Shown here in pieces: positions 17,563-27,300 of a DNA stretch of 31,634 nucleotides. The stretch covers positions 1 to 31,634 of the IMG/VR virus record IMGVR_UViG_3300032221_000120; one strand, given 5' to 3'. Both the position numbers and the translations under genes were made by a program. The notes beneath the pieces were generated by a model. The model ran no database searches. It was not told the origin of the DNA and saw nothing but the letters and a program-made list of their open reading frames with translations. Numbering within the stretch: position 1 is the stretch's first letter; each line of letters starts with the position of its first letter. The DNA comes from a virus (lineage: Duplodnaviria > Caudoviricetes).

Positions 17563-18759
17563 TTAGACGTTGGAGCGTTGGAACACCAGGGTGCTCTGAT
17601 CGAACGCGGTGCCAGTGCCGCCGGGCTTGAGCAGCGCCTGGAAGGGGAACGACGCAACCACCCCGCCATCCGGGCCGATGGTCTTGTTCATGCCGGTCAT
17701 CTTCACGCGCTGCATGTTGACGACCATGAAGTCCTTCGGATCGGCGCCGGCAGTTTCAAGTTGGGCGACGATATCGACCTCGGACTCGTTGAGGAACGCA
17801 TTCAGCAATGAAGCGTCCTCGAGGAAGGCCGACACGTTGCCGGTCACCACCGAGCGGCCATAGAAAATGTCCGGCACGTATTGCGAGCCCACCACCGGCT
17901 GCGATGACAGGTTCGTGTTGATGGACAAGTCCAGGCTGGTCACCACGGCAGAGATCGCGCCATTGAGCGAGAGCGAGCCGTTCACCCCAGACAGGACGCC
18001 CGTGGTGGTTTCCGACGCAGGGTTGGCAAAGTAGGGCGCTGACGCGCCAGTGCTCACGACCCCGTCGCGGCCTTGAAAGGAGAAATTCGCGGTCGCCACG
18101 CCTGCGGGCGCGAGAGACAAAGCAGCTTCGCCGACGCGCATGCCGGTAAAGAGTTCGGTGATATCAAGGTCGGGGTAGTTCTGCTCGATGGTGAAGGAAG
18201 GCGTGAGCGTCCCCATGAGCAGTTTGCGACCGCGAACACCAAGCGTGAAGGTGCTCTGCGAAGCCATGTCTGTCGGCTTCGGGAAGACCGTCATCACAGT
18301 CGCCGTCAGGTTCGTGATGCGGAAGTTGCGATTAAGGTTCGCCACCGGCACACCCGCCGTGAAGCGGAACACGTCGCCGACCTTGAAGCCCGCAGTGATC
18401 AGCGAGCCGCCACCAAATGTGAAGGTGCCGCCCGAGTTGGAAGCAGTGACGCTCAGCAGCGTGGCTTGGTTGGCGGTGATGCCGGCGCTCCAGGTCGAGC
18501 GCATGACTGCGGCCAAGAAGTCGTCGTAGGATTCCAGCGACAGGTCGGCAGTGAGCACCCCCTGCGCGCGGCGCGTGCCATGGCGAGCGTCGAACACCTG
18601 CTGATCCGAGCGCACTTCATTCGAGGTGAAGGCGTCCTTGTTGACCGCGATGGTGGACGACACGCGGCGCAGCAGCTTGCCGGCGTCGGTCGAAGGGGTT
18701 CCGAATGTGGCTTCGGCGCCGTAGCGCATCGTCACATTGACATTGGATTGCAAAGGCAT
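17563..18759 (-). CDS. Major tail tube protein (non-contractile)
   Basis: EATFGTP, SNEVRSD, SFTIEQ, VTGNVSAF motifs; AAGGAGG RBS; no sheath gene nearby. Confidence 0.88.
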   Translation of the reverse strand: MPLQSNVNVTMRYGAEATFGTPSTDAGKLLRRVSSTIAVNKDAFTSNEVRSDQQVFDARHGTRRAQGVLTADLSLESYDDFLAAVMRSTWSAGITANQATLLSVTASNSGGTFTFGGGSLITAGFKVGDVFRFTAGVPVANLNRNFRITNLTATVMTVFPKPTDMASQSTFTLGVRGRKLLMGTLTPSFTIEQNYPDLDITELFTGMRVGEAALSLAPAGVATANFSFQGRDGVVSTGASAPYFANPASETTTGVLSGVNGSLSLNGAISAVVTSLDLSINTNLSSQPVVGSQYVPDIFYGRSVVTGNVSAFLEDASLLNAFLNESEVDIVAQLETAGADPKDFMVVNMQRVKMTGMNKTIGPDGGVVASFPFQALLKPGGTGTAFDQSTLVFQRSNV

Positions 18760-18770
18760 TGTGGGCCTCC

Positions 18771-19190
18771 TTAGTTGACGGTGTAGCCGATGAGCGTGAC
18801 GGTGACAGCGAGGTTGATCCAGTCCGGCTCCTGGACCACCGATGCCATCTGCGCTTGCTGAACGACCCCGGCGGTGCCGTTATAGGTCAGGCTCGTGCCT
18901 GGGCGAAAGACCTGCAGGATGGCGCCGGCCATCGCTTCAATCTGCGCGGTGCCAGGGCCAGCCGGGTAATGCAGCGTGAAGCTTGCGTTGCTGGTGTGGG
19001 CAATGGTTCCACCCAGGCCAAGGGCGCGCACGTCCGATGACAGAGGGCGATAGCTTTCGGTAAGCCATGGCGTCCCGCGCACCGGAGTAAAGGGGCGGCC
19101 CTCCCAATGCTGCGCCGGCAGGCCGGCCACAGTGAGCAGCTTCTCGCGGAGCGCCGCGCGCATGTTCGGATGGAATACCGCGACGCTCAT
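18771..19190 (-). CDS. Tail terminator (DUF4128-like)
   Basis: WEGRPFTP..GTPWL, YPAGPG..A..I..F.PG; immediately upstream of the tube; ATGA overlap. Confidence 0.72.
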   Translation of the reverse strand: MSVAVFHPNMRAALREKLLTVAGLPAQHWEGRPFTPVRGTPWLTESYRPLSSDVRALGLGGTIAHTSNASFTLHYPAGPGTAQIEAMAGAILQVFRPGTSLTYNGTAGVVQQAQMASVVQEPDWINLAVTVTLIGYTVN

Positions 19191-19582
19191 TTGGTGCCGA
19201 GCCTCTTGGCGACCTTCGCCACGATGCTTTTCCAGCGAGTCACCGTGTCCGTCAAAAAGAAACGCCCAGGCATGCGGGAGGTGCCGAATTCGACAAACCG
19301 CGCATAGCTGGCGTTGTTCGTCATCCAGTAAGTGTCGCCGGGCTTTAAGTCGACGATGGTGAGCATGACGTCCGGCTCTCCGCCACCAGGGTTTGCCGCT
19401 GGTTTTGGACTGCCGATGCTCGGCTGCCAGGACGAGCGGAGAAACCCGGTATCGACAGGAGTGTTCACGACCACCTGCTTGCTTACCTCAAAAGCGGTCT
19501 GCCGCGCGAGCGCTTCCATCCGCGCGCCGTTCTTGAGCGCCCACGCCGAGATGTCGGCTTTGAAGGTGGCCCCGTTTGCCAT
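19187..19582 (-). CDS. HK97 gp10-like neck / tail completion protein
   Basis: TPVDTGFLRSSW, NNASYARFVEFGTSRMPG. Confidence 0.88.
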   Translation of the reverse strand: MANGATFKADISAWALKNGARMEALARQTAFEVSKQVVVNTPVDTGFLRSSWQPSIGSPKPAANPGGGEPDVMLTIVDLKPGDTYWMTNNASYARFVEFGTSRMPGRFFLTDTVTRWKSIVAKVAKRLGTK

Positions 19583-19584
19583 GG

Positions 19585-19953
19585 TTACCGCTCCGCATAG
19601 GCGGTGGTGAAGATTGCACCGTCGCCTGCCGGGTCATAAGAGGTGGACCAGAAGATCGTCCAGTCCTTGCCTTGCCACGTCACCATGTCGCCCGGCCCAG
19701 GCTGGATGCTCTGCCCCTGCTGCGCGAGCGTCAGTTCAATTGCGTTCTTGCCGGCAAGGCTGCCTGTTCGAAATTCGGCCCCGCGCCCTGGCGGCATCAC
19801 CACAGCTTGGAACGTATGGCTTGTGAAGGACTCGGTTGCCGCCTGCGTCACCGGGTCATAGCTGCCAGCCACCTTGCGCTTGACCACAACCGGCCCGCCT
19901 TTCTTGGCGATCAGCGCCAGGGCAGACGCAGCCTGTGCCGCGTACTTGCCCAC
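19585..19953 (-). CDS. Head closure / head-tail joining protein
   Basis: A..LIAKKG..V, YDPVT, QPGPGD.V; position between adaptor and gp10-like gene; GTG start. Confidence 0.7.
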   Translation of the reverse strand: MGKYAAQAASALALIAKKGGPVVVKRKVAGSYDPVTQAATESFTSHTFQAVVMPPGRGAEFRTGSLAGKNAIELTLAQQGQSIQPGPGDMVTWQGKDWTIFWSTSYDPAGDGAIFTTAYAER

Positions 19954-19955
19954 CC

Positions 19956-20504
19956 CTAATAGCCGCCCGTCTGGTTATCGTGCTGCCCCAGCGAGAAGCC
20001 GCTGGATTCGCTGGCGACAAAGTAAGGCGCACCGCGTTCTTTCGGATCGCGAATGTAGGGCTCAAGCAGCTTCTGTGCGGCCTGCCACGTCTTGCCGGCA
20101 GGAGCGTCCTGGGCATAGGTGACCGAGATCGAGCCGACGCTTTCGCTGACCACCTTGCCGCCCCGATCCAAGTCTTCGAGAAGGGGCTGTGAAAGCGCCC
20201 TAAAGGCAAGCTCGCAGCACGCCCGCACGACGCGCACCGGCAATCCCGTGATGGTGTACCCGGACCAGTCCACCAGATTTGCGCGAGGGAATTCCAGCGC
20301 CTGCGACGCAAGGTTGCGGTTGCCTTTGAAGCGAAAGGCTGTGTCGATATAGGACGAGCCCTGACGAAGCGCCCGCTCGATGTCCGTGTCCGAGTGGCCG
20401 GAATAAGACATGCCTCGGTCGTCGCAGTAAATCTTGAAGCCAGCCACCGTGTGGTAGCTGTCCGCGTCAGCTTTGCCGGTACCGTCCTCGACAACCAGGG
20501 GCAT
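19956..20504 (-). CDS. Head-tail adaptor (DnaT_2-like)
   Basis: LVVEDGTG..DADSY, QALEFPR, P..V..A.CELA, ESVGSISVTY, LL.PY. Confidence 0.82.
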   Translation of the reverse strand: MPLVVEDGTGKADADSYHTVAGFKIYCDDRGMSYSGHSDTDIERALRQGSSYIDTAFRFKGNRNLASQALEFPRANLVDWSGYTITGLPVRVVRACCELAFRALSQPLLEDLDRGGKVVSESVGSISVTYAQDAPAGKTWQAAQKLLEPYIRDPKERGAPYFVASESSGFSLGQHDNQTGGY

Positions 20505-20516
20505 TTCCCATCTCCT

Positions 20517-20894
20517 TTAGCCTGCCGCGACGAGCGCCTCTGCTTCGGCCTTGGTGACCGGGCCATGAAGCTGCCGGCCTTCAGCATCCATGACGAAATA
20601 ACGCGAGAACCCTTTATGCACCACCGAAAGGCCGCCGCTGGCGGGCTGTGGCGGGGCTGTGGCGGCCTCGGGCTCCTGGGCCGCTACGGTTGCCGCAGGC
20701 TCTGCCAAAGGCGCCTCTGTGCGCGCCTTGCCGTCGACCATGCGCGCCTCATACATTTGCCTGAGCCTGCGCCCCTCGATGCCCTTGGTATCCACCTCGT
20801 CGCCGCGTTCATAGGCTCTGCCGCCCATGACAAATGGTTTGACGCACACGAAGTCCTGGTGCGGTGTGAAAGGCATCTGGTAGTGCTTGCTCAT
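20517..20894 (-). CDS. Hypothetical head-associated protein, 125 aa
   Basis: AAGGA RBS; two small domains joined by an Ala/Pro linker; directly after the major capsid gene. Confidence 0.7.
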   Translation of the reverse strand: MSKHYQMPFTPHQDFVCVKPFVMGGRAYERGDEVDTKGIEGRRLRQMYEARMVDGKARTEAPLAEPAATVAAQEPEAATAPPQPASGGLSVVHKGFSRYFVMDAEGRQLHGPVTKAEAEALVAAG

Positions 20895-20910
20895 GGCGAT
20901 CCTTGCTTTC

Positions 20911-20941
20911 CAAAAGAAGAGCAGGGGGCTTTCGCCCCCTG
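20911..20941 (-). terminator. Intrinsic terminator / attenuator after the major capsid gene
   Basis: CAGGGGGC-GAAA-GCCCCCTG followed by CTCTTCTTTT on the minus strand. Confidence 0.7.
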
Positions 20942-20955
20942 TCTCAGGCAGCCAG

Positions 20956-21942
20956 TTAGGCGACGATCCCGTTGAAGAACCCGCCGAGTTCGTTTGCGAT
21001 CATCTTCATGTCGAAGGACATATCGATCTCGACGCGGTCGGAGCGGATTGCTTCCAGGCGGAAGGAACGGATGCGGTTGCCCTCGGCCCCGTTGCCCAGC
21101 ATGCCGGTCCACGAGAACGTGTAGCCGCCCGTCGGGGTCATCAGGCCCGGAATCGGAGCCGCGTAGCAGAGCAGGGCATGCTTTCCGCCGATGAAGCTGT
21201 GGACAGCCGCCTGCCCCTCGGCAGCGGTGTTCTGGATTGCGTTCATCACCAGAACCTCGTCGACGCCAAGCAGCGAAGCCAGAACCAGCTTGTTCGCCGC
21301 TGCCGGAGCGCCCTGCGTCTGACCGTACTTGACGCGGTCGATGATGTCCGGGTGATCAAGCAGAACGTCGAACACCGCCCGACCCAGCACCAGCTTGTTA
21401 GGCTCAAAGCCGGTGGACTCGGCGATTGCACGCTTGGCAGCGCGCACGTCCTCGATAGGGTTCGAGGTCGCGTCGTTCCACCGAAGACGCTGGTTGCCGG
21501 TCGGGCCAGAATTGACGCCCGCATAATCGGTTGCCCATTTGCCGGCTGTGAAGAAGTTACCGGCAAAGATGTTCTCGCGCCGAATCAGGGCCTTGTGCGT
21601 GACGAACGTGGTCGCCTCGCGATCCGGGTTCAGCGGCGCATCGGCATTCGCCCTTACTTCATCAGGAATGTCCTTGTGGAAGGACCAGTTCTGGGCGAAG
21701 TAATTGGGGGTGTTGTCCAGCGTATAGCTGCCCCCTGCGCTTTCGGTGCCGGGCGCGCGAAGCTGCATCTCGTCCCGATTGAAGTCGCCGCGATTGTAAG
21801 TGTAGTAGCGGTCGCTCTGCTTCGAGACCGGGATGTTTGGGAACACCTTGGACGCGATAAAGTTTTCCTGGTTCTGCACGAAGGCAATGCTGATGTTGCT
21901 CAGCGGGGTGTTGACGTGGACGTCGCCGGGGGTCGGGTTCAT
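20956..21942 (-). CDS. Major capsid protein (HK97 fold, capsid E-like)
   Basis: PLSNISIAF..FIASKVFP.IPV, W.DATSNPIEDV, PNKLVLG..V...L.HP; follows the decoration gene; followed by a terminator. Confidence 0.9.
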   Translation of the reverse strand: MNPTPGDVHVNTPLSNISIAFVQNQENFIASKVFPNIPVSKQSDRYYTYNRGDFNRDEMQLRAPGTESAGGSYTLDNTPNYFAQNWSFHKDIPDEVRANADAPLNPDREATTFVTHKALIRRENIFAGNFFTAGKWATDYAGVNSGPTGNQRLRWNDATSNPIEDVRAAKRAIAESTGFEPNKLVLGRAVFDVLLDHPDIIDRVKYGQTQGAPAAANKLVLASLLGVDEVLVMNAIQNTAAEGQAAVHSFIGGKHALLCYAAPIPGLMTPTGGYTFSWTGMLGNGAEGNRIRSFRLEAIRSDRVEIDMSFDMKMIANELGGFFNGIVA

Positions 21943-21968
21943 GCGAGGATTCCTTCTCGATTAGCCGT

Positions 21969-22349
21969 TTAGGCCAGCGCCGCAAACGGGTACGGATTGA
22001 TGAGGATCGGGATGATGTCGCCGGCAGCCGCAGCGGCGGCCAGCGCAACACCAATCACCGCGTCACCAGCGGTAGCAGCCGCGATGACAGCGCCGTTCGC
22101 GTCAGCAGTGACGCGAGCGCCGGCAGTGATGGCAGCGCCAGCAATCGCCTTCGAGACGCCCGCATAATTGACCGTGGCCGGCTGACCAGCCGCGCCAGGA
22201 TCGTTATACAGAATCCCGACGACCAGGGCGGTGGCGTTTGCCACAGCAGCCTGACCGCTGGCATTGACCGTCATGCACCGATACTGCTGAGCCGAAAGGT
22301 CGGCAGCGGCGGGGAGCGTGATGCTCTGAATTGCGTTATCAAAAGCCAT
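21969..22349 (-). CDS. Capsid decoration / cement protein (DUF2190-like)
   Basis: Ala-rich; AAADLS, AGAAITAGA.VTADANG, GVAL.AA..AGDII; between scaffold and capsid genes. Confidence 0.8.
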   Translation of the reverse strand: MAFDNAIQSITLPAAADLSAQQYRCMTVNASGQAAVANATALVVGILYNDPGAAGQPATVNYAGVSKAIAGAAITAGARVTADANGAVIAAATAGDAVIGVALAAAAAAGDIIPILINPYPFAALA

Positions 22350-22365
22350 GGTGGCTCACTCCTTC

Positions 22366-23283
22366 TTAAGCGCTGCGCCGCTTGGCGACGTAGGCGGTGT
22401 AGAGCGACGGGTTCCGCTCGAGGGCTTTCGCATAAGCTGCTGCGAAGTCGATCTTCTCGGCCTCGGCGATTTCGGTTGCCTTGGCCTTCAAGACTTCTTC
22501 GGGATCGTTGGACACATCGCCGGAAGCACCGAGCGACTTGAACAGCGTGCTGGTCTTGTCGGCGGTGGCGAGGGCCTTCATCAAGGTTTCGAGCGCATCA
22601 GCGTCGGCGCTTGTGGTGGCGCCCTTACGCACGCGCATGAGCAGCGGACCAATCAGGGCTGGATCGCCAATCCCGATCTCACGGGCCTTGGCGATAGCCT
22701 GCGCTTCATCAGCGTCGGCCTGCATCTTGGCAAGGGCCTCGGTCGCGGCCTTGGCGTCGTCGCGCGCCTTGGTCACCAGGGCACGAATCCCAGGGTCCAT
22801 CGCCTTCAGGACGTCCTCCTCGGAGGCGGGAGCCGCAGACTTCTGCAGCGCCGCGATTTCATCGTCCTTGGACTTGATGATTTCGTTCGCTTCCACCAGA
22901 GCAGATTCGGCATCCACGGCACGCTTGGCCAGGGTGTCCAGCTTCTTTTCGGCGTCGTCGAGCGACTTGGAAAGGCTATCGATATCCATCTGATACTCCT
23001 CGTGAATTGCCGCCATGGCGGCGTCCTGAGTAGACGAGTCGCCCTCGCCCATGGCTTGCCCAGCACTTTCCTGGGCAGACGTCGCTTTCTTGACTGGCTT
23101 GCCGGCCTTGTCGGCCCCTGCACACTTGCCGGCTTTGGCACATTTGGCAGGGTCTGCACAATCAGCGCAGGGTTTGAATGAGCCGTAGGCGGCCTTCACC
23201 AGCACGACGCGAGCATCCGCGTTCGCCGGTTCATCAACGAGGCTCACCTCGAGAATCTCCATGTCGCGCAGATCATTCGCCAT
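22366..23283 (-). CDS. Prohead protease C-terminal strand (EVSLVDEPAN) fused to scaffold protein; nested scaffold start at 22989
   Basis: N-terminal EVSLVDEPAN motif; coiled-coil acidic/Ala body; C-terminal AYAKALERNPSLY; internal GAGGAG-TATCAG-ATG. Confidence 0.78.
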   Translation of the reverse strand: MANDLRDMEILEVSLVDEPANADARVVLVKAAYGSFKPCADCADPAKCAKAGKCAGADKAGKPVKKATSAQESAGQAMGEGDSSTQDAAMAAIHEEYQMDIDSLSKSLDDAEKKLDTLAKRAVDAESALVEANEIIKSKDDEIAALQKSAAPASEEDVLKAMDPGIRALVTKARDDAKAATEALAKMQADADEAQAIAKAREIGIGDPALIGPLLMRVRKGATTSADADALETLMKALATADKTSTLFKSLGASGDVSNDPEEVLKAKATEIAEAEKIDFAAAYAKALERNPSLYTAYVAKRRSA

Positions 23284-23286
23284 GCC

Positions 23287-23682
23287 TTAGCCCTCCACAG
23301 GGACTCGGCGGCCTTTGCCACCGATAGAAAACGCACGAAAGGTTCCTTTTCGAACCTTGTCCTGAATTTCGGGGTCAAGGATTTGCATGCCGATCCACCA
23401 GCCGCGTTTCCCGTCAGTGACTCCGAGCGCTTTCACAAAGGCATCGTCGACGATCACGCTCTCCACCACCTCGCCGATTGCAGTCCCGGCGTGCATGGCC
23501 TTCGCGACCCTCTGGTCCGTGATAAACCGATGGGCTGCTTTGCGCAATTCTATCATCGAGATGATATCACCCTGGCTGTCCTGCACAGGGGCGCCATTCA
23601 CCTCGACCACGGATGCCCAGCCACGGACGTAATTGCCGCTCTCCGAGGCTTTTTCGAATTCAAACGACACGCCAAGCTGCAT
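23287..23682 (-). CDS. XkdF-like (HK97 / S78-type) prohead serine protease, His/Ser-containing part
   Basis: VRGWASV, DSQGDII, AMH, GEVVES, GWWIG, FSIGG; AAGGAGG RBS points to ATG 23682 rather than 23709. Confidence 0.85.
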   Translation of the reverse strand: MQLGVSFEFEKASESGNYVRGWASVVEVNGAPVQDSQGDIISMIELRKAAHRFITDQRVAKAMHAGTAIGEVVESVIVDDAFVKALGVTDGKRGWWIGMQILDPEIQDKVRKGTFRAFSIGGKGRRVPVEG

Positions 23683-23780
23683 CTGCGCGCCTCCTTGTCG
23701 CTTCATCAATCACATTTCGGGGGGGGATAACAAGCCCAGGAGCGCCGCGTGTCAGCCGCGTGATACGGATGGCCTAGAAC

Positions 23781-23803
23781 GAAAAACCCCGCCGAAGCGG
23801 GGT
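23781..23803 (-). terminator. Rho-independent terminator after the cargo/partner gene pair
   Basis: ACCCCGC-TTCG-GCGGGGT-TTTT on the minus strand (UUCG tetraloop plus U tract). Confidence 0.85.
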
Positions 23804-23838
23804 AGTGCTCGCACGAAGATCAGGGCAGGCTTTGCCGC

Positions 23839-24348
23839 TTAGTCCTCGTCTGCTGGATATGGAATGCCGGTGAGCGCGTGCGCGTAAGACTCTATGATGC
23901 CGTCCAACCGCCAGCCTTCGTCGGCGACGTTTAGGCTGCGCAGAGCAATGTCATCCATCGTGTTGTAGACCTCGGTGAGAATCCCAAGGATCACGGTAAA
24001 GACGGATTCCTCCTGAGTGCATTGCATGCCATAGGTATCAATCAACCATTGCCCAAGCTGCTCGGCGCTATTCCAGGGCTGGATAAAATACTCCTGGGCG
24101 CGCTGCCCGCGCCCCATGAATACAGCAGCAAGTTCTCGTGCATCCTGCACGTCGCCTGCCTGGGCAGTCGACGCGTCCAGGTTTCCTTGAAGATATGACT
24201 CGCGGCGCGAAAGCGCGTTCGCAATGAAGACGCGCAGCAGATCGCTTGTCACGTTCAAGCTCGCCAAGATCGGCTTGTCGCCGGCAGCTTCAACCTGGGA
24301 CGCAAAGCCGCTACCAAGCTTGTCGGCGCGATTTTCGCTTTCGCTCAT
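23839..24348 (-). CDS. Acidic helical hypothetical protein, 169 aa (candidate immunity / partner)
   Basis: GAGG RBS, starts 8 nt after the 1358-aa stop, Asp/Glu-rich, followed by a terminator. Confidence 0.7.
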   Translation of the reverse strand: MSESENRADKLGSGFASQVEAAGDKPILASLNVTSDLLRVFIANALSRRESYLQGNLDASTAQAGDVQDARELAAVFMGRGQRAQEYFIQPWNSAEQLGQWLIDTYGMQCTQEESVFTVILGILTEVYNTMDDIALRSLNVADEGWRLDGIIESYAHALTGIPYPADED

Positions 24349-24355
24349 TTTTTCC

Positions 24356-27300
24356 TCACTTAAGTGATCCCTTCACGGTTGGGAGAATCAGGGCTTCGAT
24401 GATAGTCCGACCGTTCTCAGTGAACACGCGGTTGACTGCATAGCGCGCGTTCTCCGGCATGACCACTTCTTTCTCCGTCGAGTAAGCAGCCAGCGTGTCG
24501 CCAATCCAAAGCCCTTTGACACCTATTGTGGTGACAAGGCGCATCTCGACACTCATGCCGGACCCATAGCCGCCCGACTCTCCGGTAGATTCAAATTGCG
24601 GTGACTGGATGATATCGCCTGACTGCAGCGCCTGAATCTGCTTTAGCGATCCACCGGAGATGCTCATCATGCGCCGAAGCTGCGTGCCTTCAGGCAAAGG
24701 CAAGATGCCCGCGTGCATAGCCTCTGACACCTTCACAATATCGCTGGTAATCTCGCCCTTATTGCGCATCTTGTCGTTCGCGCCATAAGCCCAATTGGTC
24801 GAGTATTTATGAATCCCGTCTTGCACGGATTTCGGCAAAGCCTTTGCGTGCGTGTTGTGCTGCTCCTTCACATGCTCAGGCAGCTTCCCTTTCCAAGCGC
24901 CCTTTGCCGTGTAAGCGGACTTGACCGTTGCGGCATCGGTCTTTCCGAGCAGCACAAATGAAGCCGCTTTATTGTGGGCTGCAACGGCGGATGCTTGAGA
25001 CGTCTTGACTGGGGGAAAATGCTCTGAGTGCGCCGCGATGGCGATGCTTGGTGAGAGCGCGGCAGCAATAGGCGGGGCGTTCTTGTGAACGCCTGCCTTG
25101 GGACGTGGTGGGAATAGCTGGACCTCAAGTTCCTGAATCAAGTCCTGTTTGAATTGCGTCAGCTTTTGGCTTTGCTGAGAAAACTTGTCGTAGGACTTGA
25201 GGTTTGCGAGGTCGCCATTGCGCGCGAATTGGTAGAGCACCTCCGCGTGGTGCTCGTTCTCCTTCTTCACTGCTTGATTGGAGGTGACAAAGACCGGCTT
25301 GGTGGCAAGCTTTGTCGTGTCGAGTTTTACCGCCGTCGCGCCGGGAACCTGGGGAGGCTTCGGGATGGGCTTGTTCTGAGAGACAAGCAGGTCAGCAGCG
25401 TCGGCAGGTGCCATGCCGCCGAAAAGGGCCTTGTGGGAATTGGCCTTCTGGCCCGCCGCGACCTTCTCGCCTATCCCCAGGGCTGCCAGGGCGTCATTGG
25501 CAAGCTTTGCCTGCTTGTGGCCATAGGTATTGGAACCGAAGTTCATCCCAAGGATGGCCTTCGCATCTCCTGCCATTGCGGCAGCCTGAATCTGGTCAAC
25601 CTTCTTGTTGTGGCTCGGCGCGTTTGTGTTTGAGGCTGGCAGCTTGCTTGAATCGAAGATCGGCATGCTCGGCATGTTTGCCGTCTTGGCGCCGGGTTGA
25701 GGCACCGCCTTTGGAGTGAGCGCGTCGCTGTTGATCTTGGCCTGCAGAGCAGTGGCTTTTTTAGAGTCCAGGTCTTCCAGAAGCTTCTGGGCATAGGCGT
25801 TAAAGTTCTTTGCGTTTAGGCCGGCTCCTTGGATCGTCAAGCCCATCACTTTGTCAGCTTGGAGTATGGAGTTCAGCCCTTCAGCATCGCCCGCTCCGTA
25901 CATCTTGGTGGCTAAGTTGCTCAGCTTTCCCCACGCCTCGGCTGCACCAGGAACGGTGTCTTTGAAGACCGGCTTCGGCATAGTCGTGCTTGCGGCAGGA
26001 GCCGGAGCGGAGGTGGTGGTGGGTGCAGCAGCAGCGGGCGTCCGTTCGGTCGCGGGCTTGGGCGCGGATGCGTCAAGCGCAGAGAGAACCTTTGGCGGTG
26101 CGCCCTTAAGGGTTTTGAGGCTGTAGCCACCCTTCTTCTTTTCGGATTCCAGTTTTGCTGCGGCGTTCTTTGCTTCAATCGTGTTGGCATATTCCTTGAC
26201 CGTAACCGTTCCATCGGTCCCGATCTTGCCCCAATGAGTGGCGACCTTGTTGCCGCTCACACTCACCGCCCAGAATTTTGAGTGCCCTGGATTAGTGTTT
26301 TGGTAGATCGTCTGCAACACCGGCTTTGCCGGCTCAGAGGCTGACGCCTGGGCGGGTGCTTGCGGTGTCGGTGCTGTTCCCATCATCCATTGCGGAATGG
26401 ACGCCTCGGCCTTTGCCATAGCCTTTGCGCTGGCCAAGACGTCTGCCTTGCGCGCGATGATCTTTGCCGCCAGCGCCGCCTTCTGCGCCTCGTTACCGGG
26501 GCCATAGGAGGCGACCATTTTCTGTATGGTCGCGTCGTCGATGGCTTCCAGCTTCTTGGCGCTCTCCACAATCTGCGAAGCCGTCATGGAGCCGTAGACG
26601 GACCAAGCCTGCTGGTTAGCAGGAAGGCCCGACACAGGCCCGCGCAGTGAATTGAATTCCACCGCCTTGGTGCCGAAGGCATCTCCCTTCGGGGCGCCTT
26701 GCGCGCGATAGAGCAGGGCGCCGCCTGGATCAATGTTGATCGCCTTGCCATCGGCACCAATGACGGTGTTGTCCTTCGAGAGCCCGATGACGTCATAGTT
26801 GGCAAGCCATGCGTGCACCGCGAAGTCGGCCTGCGCTGCTGCAAGGTGCGCTTGGGATGAGCCGAGCGCTTTCACGTCGCCGATCACCTTGGACGCAACA
26901 CCGATTCCGCCGCCATACTGGCCTTCGAGATCAACCAGCATCATGTCTGGGGCGCCAGCGCCCACCGCCTGCATCAGCTTGGCGGCCAGCACCTCGTTCT
27001 TGGCCTGCTCCGTCGCGGGCGGATTGTTCGAGCCTTTGACGATCCATTTGTTGCCATTGGCGTCTTGGTACAGGCCGCCCGGATTGCTACCACCGGGCTT
27101 TGCACCGACCTTGGTCAGGTCTGACAGCTTCGCCGGCCCGCTGATAGCAGCAGCGGTCGCGGCAGCCTTTGGCTGGGCCTTCTTTTCGGTCAGTAGATGC
27201 GCAGCGTATTGGTGAAGCTGCGCGTTCCATTTGACGTGCGACGTCACCTTCTGCCCGGACGCCCATTTCTCCTTGGCGTGCTGCAGGTTCATCACCGAGT

